This document shows, piece by piece, positions 38,824 through 51,924 of a stretch of DNA of 64,000 bases. How positions within the stretch are numbered: the first letter of the stretch is position 1; the number at the start of each line of letters is the position of its first letter. Position numbers and translations under genes: made by a program. This stretch comes from Octopus sinensis (Eukaryota). The stretch lies in assembly GCF_006345805.1 (NCBI RefSeq), contig NC_043013.1, forward strand, positions 22,630,001 through 22,694,000, in the 5' to 3' direction. The notes beneath the pieces were generated by a model. That model did not search any database, had not been told where the DNA came from, and saw nothing but the letters and a program-made list of their open reading frames with translations.

Positions 38824-39214
38824 CACGCACTCACGCATACACACACAGTGTGTATAATAATGTACATAGAAATAATGTCTGGCAGCAGACACCAGCTAAT
38901 CTACAAGAACATAAACATAATACATCAAATTAACCAATCTTTGATTGACTCTCTCTCTCTCCCAGCAGGACCACCACAGACGAAATGTATTGAATTATTT
39001 AATGTTTATTCCCCACAACTTCTGAGTCCACATAAATTTTGTCCGGCTTTATACACACAGGATGTCATAAATACCAACTAAATATATGCACAATATTTGC
39101 AAGAAGTATATGTGGCAAATACTTTCATGAATGTATATGTGTGTATGCATGCGTGTATGTGCTATACGCATATAACTCTGGTTAAGTTGCGGTGTTTATA
39201 CGTAGGTAATGTAT

Positions 39215-39388
39215 AAATGCATGTATGTACCATGCACACACACACACACACACATATATATATGTATGTATGTATATATGTGCATGTATATATATGTATG
39301 TATATATATATGTATGTATATATATATATGTATGTGTATATGAATATATATGTATGTGTATATATATGTATGTATATATATGTATGTG

Positions 39389-39440
<52 letters not shown>

Positions 39441-39644
39441 TGTATGTATATATATGTATATATATATGTATGTGTATATATATATGTATGTGTATATATA
39501 AGTATGTATATATATATATATATATGTATACATATATATATGTATGTATGCATATATATATGTATGTATGTATATATATATATATGTATGTATATATATA
39601 TATATATTGTATGTATATATATATATATATGTATGTATGTATGT

Positions 39645-39707
<63 letters not shown>

Positions 39708-39758
39708 CATGTATGTATGCATGTATGTATATATATATGTATGTATGTATGTATGTAT

Positions 39759-39789
<31 letters not shown>

Positions 39790-39796
39790 CATGTAT

Positions 39797-39827
<31 letters not shown>

Positions 39828-40152
39828 CATGTATGTATATATATATGTATGTATATATATATATATGTATATATATATATGTATGTATATATATATATAT
39901 ATGTATGTATATATATATATATGTATGTATGTATATATATATATATATGTATGTATATATATATATATATGTATGATATATATATATATATGTATGTATA
40001 TATATATATATGTATGTATATATATTATATATGTATGTATATATATATATATATGTATGTATATATATATATGTATGTATGTATATATATATATGTATGT
40101 GTATATGAATATATATGTATGTATATGTATGTATATATATATATGTATATGT

Positions 40153-40193
<41 letters not shown>

Positions 40194-40531
40194 TATATGT
40201 ATATATAATATGTATGTATATATATATATGTATGTATATATATATATATGTATGTATATATATAATATGTATATGTATATATATATATATGGATGTATAT
40301 ATATGTATGATATATATATATATGTATATAATATATATATGTATGTATATATATAGTATGTATGTATATATTATATGTATGTATATATATATGTATGTAT
40401 ATATATTATATGTATGTATATTATATATATGTATGTATATTATATATATATGTATGTATATATATATATGTATGTATGATATATATATATATGTAGTATA
40501 TATATATATATGTATTATATATATATAATAT

Positions 40532-40572
<41 letters not shown>
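39215..40572. repeat. ~1.35-kb compound (AT)n/(ATGT)n microsatellite
   Basis: Directly visible; source of many spurious ORFs. Confidence 0.97.
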
Positions 40573-40575
<3 letters not shown>

Positions 40576-42466
40576 GTTAGTTAGTTAGTTAATTTGGCTC
40601 AAAAGCAAATAGCAAGGCCATGTAGGGGGACATGGATTTAAGTACAGGGTGGTGTTCATGTAAAGAGTTCAGGCCACTTGAGGTCAAGGGAGGCTTTGAA
40701 CAAAGCGGTCGTCGGCATCTTCACCATCTCGTCTGGCAGCTTGTTCCACGGATCCGCAACCCGGACGGAGAAAGCTCCTCTCCTTCGATTGAGATGAAAT
40801 CGTCGCAGGTAGAGCTTTTCGGAATGACCCCGCAGCCGACGCTCTGGAGCAGGAGTGAAGAACAGCTCTTTCGAGAGGTTACACTTTCCGCTTATGATGT
40901 TGTGGGCGAGAATGAGATCATCACGGCGGCGGCGTTTTTCAAGAGAATAAAGGTCGAGCGTCCTCAGCCTTTCTTCGTAGGACAAATTTTTGAGACCGTG
41001 AACCATGCGGGTAGCCAGCTTCTGGACTCTTTCGAGATGCTGTATGTCTTTGAGCAGATAAGGAGAAGAGGCTTGAATCCTGTACTCCAATATGGGTCTC
41101 ACCAGCGTGACATAGAGTGGTAGGAATATGGCTGTTGTGAGCATTCCGAATGACCGTCGAATCAAGAACAGAATTCCGCGTGCTTTGTTGGCAGTATGGA
41201 CGCACTGGGCCGAAGGCGAAAAGGAGGAATCCACGAAGATACCCAGGTCCTTTACCTGATCGGTCCTCTCCAGCAGCAGACGACCCGGCTCGAAATCAAG
41301 TAGAGTTGCAGGAGGAGAGCCAACAGGCAGTTGACAGCACTTTGACACGTTCAGACACAGGTCCCATTCGTTAGACCACTTCCAAATTTGGTGGAGGCAT
41401 CGACGAAGATCCTCTATATCACCGCGAGGAGCGACCAGTTTGATATCGTCGGCAAATAGAAGGGTGTGTTGCGTGAGGTCGTCGGGCAAGTCATTTATGA
41501 AGACTAAGAACAATAAGGGCCCAAGCACTGAACCTTGAGGCACGCCACTGCTCGCACTGGAGACGTCGGACCGCGAACCATTAACTTGGACTTGAAAGGA
41601 GCGATCTGAGAGGAAGGCACCAACCCATCGTACAATATCCGGATGGAAACTATATGCTTGAAGCTTGACAAGTAATAGGCGGTGGTTTACCGAGTCAAAA
41701 GCTTTGGCAAAGTCCAATAAAACGATGTCAACAGCATCACTATCATCGAGGATGCGCGTCACCAATTTTTCCATTACCAGTAAGTTGGTCAAGCATGATC
41801 TCTTCGGCACGAAGCCGTGTTGGGAATCAGAGATAGAGGCTGTGTTTTGGAGGTGGAGCATCATACTTTTCTTAAGGATGGTTTCGAACATCTTGCTGAT
41901 TATTGATGTAAGGGAAACCGGTCGGTAGTTAAGCGGGTCTTCGCGGCTCCCTTTCTTGAAAATTGGGCAGATTATCGCTGTTCTCCAGTCCGCAGGTATA
42001 ACACCCGTCGCCAATGACATATTGAATAGACGTGTTAAGGGCTCGCAGATGACCGGAGCCAACGCTTTGATAACCCGTGGGTGTTGACATCGAGGCCTTG
42101 AATAACACGTTTGACTTCGTCCCGCGTGATGACCAACCGAAGCATTGGAGGTACCGATCTATCAAATGGAGGGGGTTCACGACCATCATCTTGTTTGAAA
42201 ATAGTTGAAAAAACCTCGGCAAATAATTGACTCTGTTGATAAGGGTCCTCAATCGATACGCCTGTTGAGTCTACCAACGTTGCAATCTGGTTGTTCAAGC
42301 GGGAATTCCGTTGGACATGGGCAAAGAAGGTTTTTGGATTGCTACTGCATTTGCCGCGATTTTGTATTCATAACTGAAGCGTTCTTCCTTTTCAATTTTC
42401 ACGGCTCGGTCTCGTTGAGTTTTGTACACCTCAAAAGCTGCAGTCGAATCCAGATTTTTGAATTCA
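40573..42466 (-). mobile_element. 5'-truncated CR1-like LINE, young; 3' (TAAC)n tail
   Basis: GC-rich block with RT ORF (YRPVSLTS, QHGF, DFAKAFD, GVPQGSVLGPLLF, LFADD) and CR1-type C-terminus (RGHSEKL..FSVRVADPWNKLP). Frameshifted upstream part continues to ~42460; tail TTAGTTAG at 40573-40592. Confidence 0.92.
40656..42062 (-). CDS. Reverse transcriptase (LINE ORF2 C-terminal part, 468 aa open)
   Basis: All RT subdomains including FADD are present without stops; the endonuclease is absent because of 5' truncation and a frameshift near 42070. Confidence 0.9.
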   Translation of the reverse strand: MAPVICEPLTRLFNMSLATGVIPADWRTAIICPIFKKGSREDPLNYRPVSLTSIISKMFETILKKSMMLHLQNTASISDSQHGFVPKRSCLTNLLVMEKLVTRILDDSDAVDIVLLDFAKAFDSVNHRLLLVKLQAYSFHPDIVRWVGAFLSDRSFQVQVNGSRSDVSSASSGVPQGSVLGPLLFLVFINDLPDDLTQHTLLFADDIKLVAPRGDIEDLRRCLHQIWKWSNEWDLCLNVSKCCQLPVGSPPATLLDFEPGRLLLERTDQVKDLGIFVDSSFSPSAQCVHTANKARGILFLIRRSFGMLTTAIFLPLYVTLVRPILEYRIQASSPYLLKDIQHLERVQKLATRMVHGLKNLSYEERLRTLDLYSLEKRRRRDDLILAHNIISGKCNLSKELFFTPAPERRLRGHSEKLYLRRFHLNRRRGAFSVRVADPWNKLPDEMVKMPTTALFKASLDLKWPELFT

Positions 42467-42679
42467 TATATATATATATGTATGTATATATATATATGTA
42501 TGTATATATATATACACAACTTTCAATTTGGGCATACACCTTGTCATAGGCCGTTTAAAGCCTGTTCACTGTATCTGACTACCTAATGTCACCAACAGTA
42601 TGTGTTTAAATGCCACTATATTTACTTCATGAATTCTTTCGTGTCCGTAGAATTTATAACGTACGCGAGATAGAAAATA

Positions 42680-43230
42680 GAATTCACGAAGCTTTTTTTT
42701 TTACTAATCACTCCAATTGTTTCGACGCGTCGTGCATCGGTCCGTCATGGCTGAAATGCTGTACAAATAGTTGTGGTTCATCATTCGGTGCAGGTGTACT
42801 TCGCCAGGTAACTTATCAAAAAGTACCTCGCTCTTTAATCTCTGTTTCGTTTATTACCATCAAAATGCATCTTGACATCTGTCTGCAGCTGATCAAATGC
42901 ACGAAAAATCTTGAGTTAAAATGAAGAACACTTTTCTTATAGGTAACAGATTGACTTACGAAGAATCAAAACTAAATTAAATCTAAAATAAATAAGTGAA
43001 TCAAATAAAATGATGAATACTGATAATGAAATACGTTAAATAAAATCGTGATTTTATTCATGCGAAACGGAGATTAAAGAACGAGATACCTTTTGATAAG
43101 TCACCCGACGAGGCATATCTGCACCGAATGACGTATTACAACTATTTGTATATCTTACTCGTGAGGAACCGATACACGATGGGTCGAAACGATCGTAGTG
43201 AGAAATATAAAATATCGTGAATTCCTGTCT
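42680..43230. repeat. Divergent inverted pair of a degenerate repeat (arms ~42680-42860 and ~43060-43225) with decayed hammerhead-like motifs
   Basis: Reverse complement of 43060-43225 aligns by eye with 42680-42860. The plus arm has TGAGGA-ACC..GGT-CGAAAC-GATC-GTA. Confidence 0.6.
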
Positions 43231-43276
43231 CTTTCTCTTTCTCTCATATGTTTATGAATAATTTCTTTATTTAAAC

Positions 43277-43656
43277 GTGGAGGCGCAATGGCCCAGTGGT
43301 TAAGGGCAGCGGACTCGCGGTCGTAGGATCGCGGTTTCGATTCCCAGACCGGGCATTATGAGTGTTTATTGAGCGAAAACACCTAAAGCTTCACAAGGCT
43401 CCTGCAGGGGGTGGTGATGAACCCTGCTGTACTCTTTCACCACAACTTTCTCTCACTCTTTCTTCCTGTTTCTGTTGTACCTGTATTTCAAAGGGCCAGC
43501 CTTGTCACACTCTGTGTCACGCTGAATCTCCTCGAGAACTACGTTAAGGGTACACGTGTCTGTGGAGAGCTCAGCCACTTGCACGTTAATTCCACGAGCA
43601 AGCTGTTCCGTTGATCGTATCAGCTGGGACCCTCATCGTCGTAACCGACGGAGTGC
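43277..43656 (+). mobile_element. SINE family C variant
   Basis: tRNA-like head; body shared with 63218-63538. Confidence 0.85.
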
Positions 43657-43959
43657 TCCTACTCTTTATTTAAAGGACACAATACATAATTTTAAGTGCT
43701 ACTAACAGAGAATAATGAAATTTTAAAACGCTGCCTAGATTACGCAGGCCTCAACTGCTGGTAGTTGAGATTCCAACTTTATGCATTAATAACTCTCCAA
43801 CCTATGTCAGCATGGAACATAGACATGAAGTGAAATGTTAGAAGAAAGTTTTCAATTTATATATGTATATAAAGTAAATACACGTAATTCAAAAACACGT
43901 TTTGTGCAGCTTATTTCGTAACCAAAAAACAGGTACAGATTATAAACAATGAAAAGCCG

Positions 43960-44430
43960 ATTTTGGTGAATCATTTGACAGACATAGTAGAAAGCCAATC
44001 CAATGATAAATCTGACCAGGGATCTTGAAAGTTTGTATGAATCCTGACTCAGTTAAGTCTCTTGTGGCTCCAAACGATGTCATCTGTAGTGCAGCGTTGT
44101 ATCATAGAATTTTGTTTTGGAAGTGCTTGGAATCTTGGTCAGTTGATGACAACACTTTCTTCAATGGCTCTGGAGGTTGGGGGATTGCAAGGAGTTTAAC
44201 CTTTCCACTACTGCAGCACAGTGCAGGTGTCTCTCCAGGCCACTTCCTTGTTTTACAATGTAAGCACTCAGTTGTCATTGCACCAATGGAAACCCAAGTG
44301 TCATATGCATAATAAACTGCTGGATCATAATTGAAAGCTGCTTCGTAGGAGTTGCTTCTCTGAGCTGTTGCAACTCCTCTTCGCTCTGCAGGGGAGATCC
44401 TCTTCCTTGTCAGCCGTGCATACATCTGTT
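43960..44430 (-). pseudogene. Helitron Rep N-terminal fragment
   Basis: CLHCKTRKWPGETPALCCSSGKVKL..PPEPLKKVL, then after a stop YNAALQMTSFGAT..FKIPGQIYH. Confidence 0.88.
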
Positions 44431-45262
44431 CATCACTTTGAGATGCTCTGGCTTTTGCAGTGCACAGTCTGTTTGTTTCTTAGTATGCTTCCATTTCTGC
44501 AGTTGTCTGTCTTTCCCTGGACAGAGACGTTCTTTTGGCTGACCTTGACATTGTAGACAAATTTGACACTTTCCTTCTAGGAATGGTTATATACGTATAC
44601 AGAAATAGACGGGTGCAGAAAATGGTAAAGAATGAAAATGACTGGGTGACGGAAATTATATTTATTAATGCAACAGCGAGAAAGTAAATAAGAAACTTTT
44701 ACGGAAAATAAAGAATTGTACGGATTGAAGCGAAATTTGTCAGTGAACCAAAGAGTCAACATCGAAGAAATCAGAAAAAACCATTTAACTACAGAAAAAC
44801 ACAAAACTGTTGCAAAAGTAAAGAATTTTTTTAGGAAAATTAACTAAGCGTACGGATTTAAGTGAAATGTTTGAAACTACATCCGTCAGTAAATTATAAA
44901 TTTATTTTTATCAGTAATTCCGTGAACAACAAAAAACACAAAACGTTGCGAAAGTAAATAAGAAGTTTGAAGGCAAATTTAACGAAGTGTACGGATTGAC
45001 GTGAACTTTATGAAGTTGCGTCTGTCAGTAAATTATGTGTAAAGTATGTATGAAATTGCTTTCATCAGTAATTGCAAACTTCTTTCTGTCGGTAATTTGT
45101 CGTTGTTGTTTGTAAATAGCGATTGAAAACTTACAGTGAAAACAATAACGATTGAACTTAAAGTGAAAACAATAGCATCTGAAAAATGAAAGTGAAAACC
45201 CTAGAGAGTGAGTGAGATATAGAGAGAGATGGAGAGAGAAAGAGCTAGCTAGTTAGACAATA

Positions 45263-45299
<37 letters not shown>

Positions 45300-45782
45300 T
45301 ATATATATATATATATATAGATATATATATATATAGATTGATAGATAAGATATAGACAGATAGATACAGTGAGAGAGGTAGATATAGAGATAGAGGTGAA
45401 TAGAGAGATATAGAGAGAGATAGATAGAGAAAGTTGGATAGAGAAATATAGATAAAGAGATATAGACGTCAAAGACGCTAGAAAACCGGAAGTAAATAGT
45501 TTTAAAATCTTTCAAATGCGTGAATCTAATATAAAATGCAATGTTTTCTTTATTCATTTTTATGACCAATGGATGTAGAAGACAATCAATTACTGAAAAT
45601 TACTTCGCAAAGAGTTACCTCCCTTTTCCACGTAACCCAGGAATGGGTATTTTCTGCTCCCAGGGGACCCGTTACTCATTATGTGAATAATTTTAGGAGT
45701 CTAAAACCATCCATGGAACATAAGTAATGCATGTTCGCAGTTTGGAGACAATCAGTTGAAAAATACGGCCGTTACAATCTTT

Positions 45783-45822
<40 letters not shown>

Positions 45823-45865
45823 AACACACACACACACACACACACAGAACGGGATTTATATTATA

Positions 45866-47138
45866 CTAGCAAACGCCCCCCCCCCATCAATTGGACGGTG
45901 TAAGTTCGTGACAGAACTGGAGTCTAAAATAGTGACATTCCGCTTCTGTCTATGCTTAAAATTGAGGATTATTTGATATAGTTGAGACGTTAAATAAAAA
46001 ATAAGAGGTATTGAAAAAAGAACATGTTTTATTAACAAGGCGCAGGAGTGGCTGTGTGGTAAGTAGCTTGCTAACCAACCACACGGTTGCGGGTTCAGTC
46101 CCACTGCGTGGCATCTTGGGCAAGTGTCTTCTGCTATAGCCCCGGGCCGACCAATGCCTTGTGAGTGGATTTGGTAGACGGAAACTGAAAGAAGCCTGTC
46201 GTATATATGTATATATATGTATATGTGTGTATGTGTTTGTGTGTCTATGTTTGTCCCCCTAGCATTGCTTGACAACCGATGCTGGTGTGTTTAGGTCCCC
46301 GTCACTTAGCGGTTCGGCAAAAAGAGACCGATAAAATAAGTACTAAAAGGTGGTGCTCCAGCATGGCCGCAGTCAAATGACTGAAACAAGTAAAAGAGTA
46401 AAAAGAGTAAAAGAGTATTTGCAGATATCAGATATTAAAATGCGAAAATATGGAAGATTGCCGTTCAGAATGCCGTATAATTGACTGGATGGCTAAAGAA
46501 TCGGTACAAAAAGTATACACAACATTTCTATTGACATGAAGGCAATCTGTAAGAAATATGCTTGATTAAGATGTGCATTGAAATGAAAAAACTGCTTGAT
46601 TTTAACAACGGGCATTTGTTGAAAGATCAACATAACCTACAGTGATGAGTAAATGAGCGCAATAAAGGCCAACCTGAAAAGGATTTCAGCTCGACGGAAA
46701 AGGTATTGGAGGGCTGCCTTGTAAACCACGTTTTTTTGTCAATCATTCAGGAGGGTAGTAGAAGAGATTGGCCGATTTTCCAGCTCTGGAACATCCCACA
46801 TACAGCTTTCCGTGTGAAAAGCATGGTGTATTGAGATTCAGCCCACCCGCTTTTAGTGACTGACCCTGGGCTTTGTTAATGATCATAGCAAAGCTTAATC
46901 GAATGGGGAATTGGACTCTTTTCATCGGAAAGACGCAGTCGGAATGAATGGAACTCGGGGAATAAAACCAGACTCGCCAGTGCCTTTTCCTGAGATGATT
47001 GTGGCTTCGAGAACGTTATCCAGCCAAACGTGTGCCATTTCAAAGCCGAGGAGGCTCCAAATACCTCAAGGGTATAATAGGACAACCAAGTTATAATCTT
47101 TTACGCACACACACACAGAACGAGATTTATATAATAGA
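45866..47138 (-). mobile_element. Internally deleted Helitron carrying the PIF1-like helicase C-terminus, interrupted by a SINE
   Basis: 5' TC end (TCTATTATATAAAT) at 47138; [45 protein letters not shown] at 46743-47045; CTAG at 45866-45869. The 3' hairpin is poorly preserved. Confidence 0.75.
46038..46416 (+). mobile_element. SINE family A, young, inserted inside the Helitron
   Basis: Near-identical to 47776-48203. Confidence 0.9.
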
Positions 47139-47298
47139 TTACACACACACACACATACACAGAACGGGGTTTATATAATATATCACATATGTTCTTTCAT
47201 GAAATTTAACTGGTTCACGCACTGTGACGTTTTTTTTTTTACCTAAGTGTAAAGTTTCAGCGCAATCAGTTGAAAAATACGGCCTCTACAATCTTTTG

Positions 47299-47330
<32 letters not shown>

Positions 47331-47363
47331 GAACGGGATTTATATTACACTAGCATATATATG

Positions 47364-47395
<32 letters not shown>

Positions 47396-47775
47396 TATAT
47401 ACATGCACACACACACATACATACATACATACATACATACACACATACATACATACATACATACATACATACATACATACATACGTATATATGTATATGC
47501 ATGTAAATGTCTGTCTAAAAATTAAACAAAATTCGGGAATGCAGAGCTCGTTCACAGTTATTGACTTCCTGATGTCATTATACAGTGGAAATGCTGATGC
47601 TACTGGATATGAACGACATTCTCTATTTAAGATTACTACAATTGTTTCTGCACACTTTTACACTCGTAGCACATTGCTGAAATGTGTAATCATTATCATC
47701 CACCCAAAGTGTAAAATGTGCCTCCTCAGGTGATCGTTTAGATAAATCCTCCGTATGATCCTATTGTCATTCCAC

Positions 47776-47939
47776 AGGCGCAGGAGTGGTTGTGTGGTAG
47801 GTAGCTTGGTAACCAACCACATGGTTCCGGGTTCAGTCCCACTGCGTGGCATCTTGGGCAAGTGTCTTCTGCTATAGCCCCGGGCCGACCAATGCCTTGT
47901 GAGTAGATTTGGTAGACGGAAACTGAAAGAAGCCTGTCG

Positions 47940-47972
<33 letters not shown>

Positions 47973-48203
47973 GTGTGTGTGTGTTTGTGTGTCTGTGTTT
48001 GTCCCCCTAGCATTGCTTGACAACCGATGCTGGTGTGTTTACGTCCCCGTCACTTAGCGGTTCGGCAAAAGAGACCGTTAGAATAAGTACTGGGCTTACA
48101 AAGAATAAGTCCCGGGGTCGATTTGCTCGACTAAAAAGGCGGTGCTCCAGCATGGCCGCAGTCAAATGACTGAAACAAGTAAAAGAGAAAGAGAGTAAAG
48201 AGA
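47776..48203 (+). mobile_element. SINE family A, full length
   Basis: Complete head, core, body and AAAGAG tail. Confidence 0.9.
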
Positions 48204-48209
48204 ATATGA

Positions 48210-48520
48210 GAATGTTGTTTGTTCCTTCTCGAGCCATGCCTGGCTCATAAGGGCCGCTTTCTCGGCTTCATTGGCGTATAGTTTCCTTACCTGGACGGGA
48301 CGCCGGTCTGTCTAAGGTGAGCTGTTAGATGCAGGAGGAAAGAGTGAGAGAAAGTTGTGGCGAAAGAGTCAGCAGAAGTTCGCTATTACTTTCTGCCGGA
48401 GCCGCGTGGAGCTTAGGTGTTTCGTTCATAAACACACACATCGCCCGTTCTGTGATTCGAACACATGATCCCTCTACCGCGTGTCCGCTGCTCTAACCAA
48501 TAGGTCATGTGCCTCCACTT
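48210..48520 (-). mobile_element. SINE family C variant
   Basis: Minus strand head GTGGAGGCACATGACCTATTGGTTAGAGC; tail related to 33040-33120. Confidence 0.7.
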
Positions 48521-49949
48521 CAGTATGAGAAGGCATACTCCAAACAGTGTGTTATTTTCAGCAGTTTACTGCCTGTGTATATGTATGTGCATGTGTGTGC
48601 GTGTGTGCTTGTATGCGACCAGAAAACATAACTGCAATTAACGCTAGAATATTCTTCTCATTTCTAGAAAAGAGTGGCTGCTGTACACTGCAAGCTTTTG
48701 AGAATGTTTTTTAAGTCAGTAACAAACATCCACCACAAACACACAACAAAAACAAGACTATAACTTTGCAGTTTCTGTTGCTAACAACTATTTTACTCGA
48801 ACAGATTCACTTTGAACCGGCAGATTTCGTGTAAGGCGACCATGTACTCACCGATTCTCTTATCTTGTCTCAATTAAAACTAATTAAAAGTAGAATGCCA
48901 TAACATGTTATACGTATCTCTTTTCCATATGTACATGCTTCGGTATTATTAGAACTCTTCAGTAAAGCATAGTTTTAACATTAATACTGCATCTAAAGAG
49001 ATTGAGATATATATATAACATTTTAGTAAATGAACAGCATACTAAGGGCTTCCTCTGTGTCTAAGACATCTGTAAGATGCTTGGCATTTTAGGGCAATTG
49101 TAATCCAACGTGTGATCCAATCATTTCTAATAAGAACTGAAATCCACTGGAATCGTTTTCCTGCTCACGTTTATCTCTGCAGATCTTCAGAGCTTATAAA
49201 TGAGTTTCAACCACATCGATCACCCCGGTGTGTGGGGGACCACACAAGCTTTAGTCGCTGTCCTCTCTTTCTTGAACTAAGTAATAATAAATATATTTAT
49301 CGAAAGCTCTGGATAATATTTTTCTGTTACCTGGGAGTAGAATAGAGAACTCGGTTTCGATTCATGGTAAAAATATTTTCATTCACCGCTGTAATGAAAT
49401 GAATGAGTATTATACAACAATATTGTGCTAATATGGGAAATCAATATCGAGTTCCTTCTTTCTTATTAGTGATTTTATTTTATTAATGAGTTTGAAAACA
49501 GCGAGAAACATCAATTTTTACTTTTGTTTTTCTTATTTTGGAGTTTAAATCCCACCGAAGGTCGATTAAGCTTTTTTTTCCCTCAACCCACAGAACTTGG
49601 TAAAATAAGCACTAATTGTATACTGAAGGACAATTCAATTAACTGACTTCCATACAAATGTTGTCAGTCTTATAGATCAAAAGAAATCACTCGCTGCTTT
49701 TCTTCTTCTTAGTTGCATTGATTGAATGTCAGAGGCCTTGCAACGGACTGGGTACTTAGAAAAAGAAGGTGTTTTACAAAAGAGTGTCTTCTAAACTTGT
49801 GTGTAGTTTGCGTTAATAATGTTCGCAGTTTCGATATCGACTGGATATTTAGGAGATTCATACAAGAGAAAAGTATATAACTATAACAAGGTGGTAGAAG
49901 AAAGTGTGTAGATATAGTTTAACTGACAGAGTCTTATCGACCCCGATAT

Positions 49950-50215
49950 TATAATTATTTCTCTTTATCACAGGTTTTGTTGGAAATCCTGGAGTCTTGC
50001 ATACGTAGCGGACTTACTACCTGCAGCCTATGGTACAATACTATTCGTTCTTTTCATCTATCTAATACTTTCCTGATTATTCTGGCCGTGCCAAAGAGGG
50101 AAAACTTTAGTAACAGTTCTACTGGCCATTCAATTCCGATTTCCTTTATATTCCTCTTAATGCCTTCTGATATTGTTCCCAAGGACTATCTTCCCCTTCT
50201 TCATCTTCCCTAGTC
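49950..50215 (-). mobile_element. 3' end of an R4/Dong-like (RLE) non-LTR retrotransposon
   Basis: Minus strand LGTISEGIKRNIKEIGIEWPVELLLKFSLFGTARIIRKVLDR-stop (stop at 50054-50056), resembling the GTARIxRKVL C-terminus of this clade; short 3' UTR ending in AAT-rich sequence. Confidence 0.65.
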
Positions 50216-50240
50216 GGGTTATTTAGTACTTAAGAGGGTT

Positions 50241-50511
<271 letters not shown>

Positions 50512-51518
50512 CAATTCAGGGAAAACATCTGACAAAAAACGTGGCAAGAACGTTTGTGCTGTGATATTTATAGGTGTTAGAAAGTTTGAAATCGCTCAGC
50601 AGAACCTTGGTGATGATCTGTTATTATAGAAAAACGTATGCTTTGCTGAGCTAACTCATTGGGATCCGGAACAAATGTTAAATTGATGACAATTGTGATT
50701 ATAATATCGATGATATTGCGTGAGTCACAGCCTAAGTAACTTTAACGTTGGCTCGCAAATCAGAAATGTTATTGGTGTGGAACAGTTCTGTGAAGGCAAA
50801 AAGTAAAAAAAAAAAAAGCATTTACACTATACAACTGTACAGATGTATCATGCTGATAAGCAAGACGCAGTTGTCACAAGCACTGGCTGTACAACTTTTA
50901 CCTTCCTATTATTGAGACAGGTAGTAACTTTATTATTAATACAAAGAGAGAAACTGCGGGTTTCGCAATTAAAAATTTATAATTTCCACTCTCTCGCTTC
51001 ACAAGTTTTCTTGTAAACGATTTAATGATAGGTATTTAATATGGTCTCGTATAAGGTTAGAAATAACTTATCTCGTCAAATAAATCACGAATTTTCCTGT
51101 CAGCGTAGGTAAAGGAAATAGTTCAAATGATCTTGTTAGAGACGCTTCTGCCACGACGACAAATGGCGTAATAACTCTAGGCTTGAACCCCAGACGTTTG
51201 ACACGATCTGGTTAGGAGTGCGTAAGATGAATATATCATATCATACGTTGACACCGCGAGGTCTGAGCTGTCTGTCGACGGGACACTGATGTGAAATAAA
51301 GAGTCGAATATTTATACTATGCAAATTAGTTGCTCCAGTTCTTGGAAGCAACTGGATTTGTGGTGTATAGAAGCAGACAGGCCACGTTCCTGTCTGCGAT
51401 TGGTCGAGTGATGTAGACACCGTTGATGAGAACCCCATCGATTAAAGTCTGATCCTTACTTTTGTAATCTACAGAGAAGTAGTTACATTTTTCCAGTGTG
51501 TACGTCTACTGCGTAGAT

Positions 51519-51556
<38 letters not shown>

Positions 51557-51613
51557 TGTATAAATACATACATACATATATATACGTATGTATGAATATA
51601 CATACATATATAC

Positions 51614-51671
<58 letters not shown>

Positions 51672-51876
51672 AGAGATATTGGTATCCAGATGACAGAAGG
51701 TGGCAGGTAAGGCTATGTACGTGCTGCGGGAGGACCGTAATTCGATTCTTGATAATACGATAATACGATTGAGAAGTCTAATACGGATCGTGTGTTAGCA
51801 TGTATATTTTAAATAAAATGAGACAACAAAGCCAAGGCTGTGCGGAATTTATAGGACATTTATAAAGAGAAAGGTA

Positions 51877-51924
51877 GTCTTACATCTGTTTCTGGGATAT
51901 TAGGGATATCCCTTCATCAGAGAC
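51877..51924 (-). ncRNA. Minimal type I hammerhead ribozyme motif, second family
   Basis: Minus strand GUCU-CUGAUGA-A-GGGAUAU-CCCUA-AUAUCCC-A-GAAAC-AGAU-GUA-AGAC: stem I GUCU/AGAC, 7-bp stem II, GUA cleavage triplet. Confidence 0.7.

Noticed and set aside
39162-40528. Long 200-330 aa ORFs rich in Y/I/M/C/V/H/T (also 5537-5995, 52174-52618, 60894-62841 and others)
   Set aside because: They are translations of AT/AC/ATGT microsatellites, which lack stop codons in some frames.
43277-43355. tRNA-like sequences (also 14215-14283, 32872-32945, 63465-63538)
   Set aside because: They lack a complete cloverleaf or acceptor stem and run into SINE bodies; they are SINE heads, not tRNA genes.
48845-48851. 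Strong minus-strand donor GTGAGTA
   Set aside because: No convincing upstream exon ORF or partner exons.
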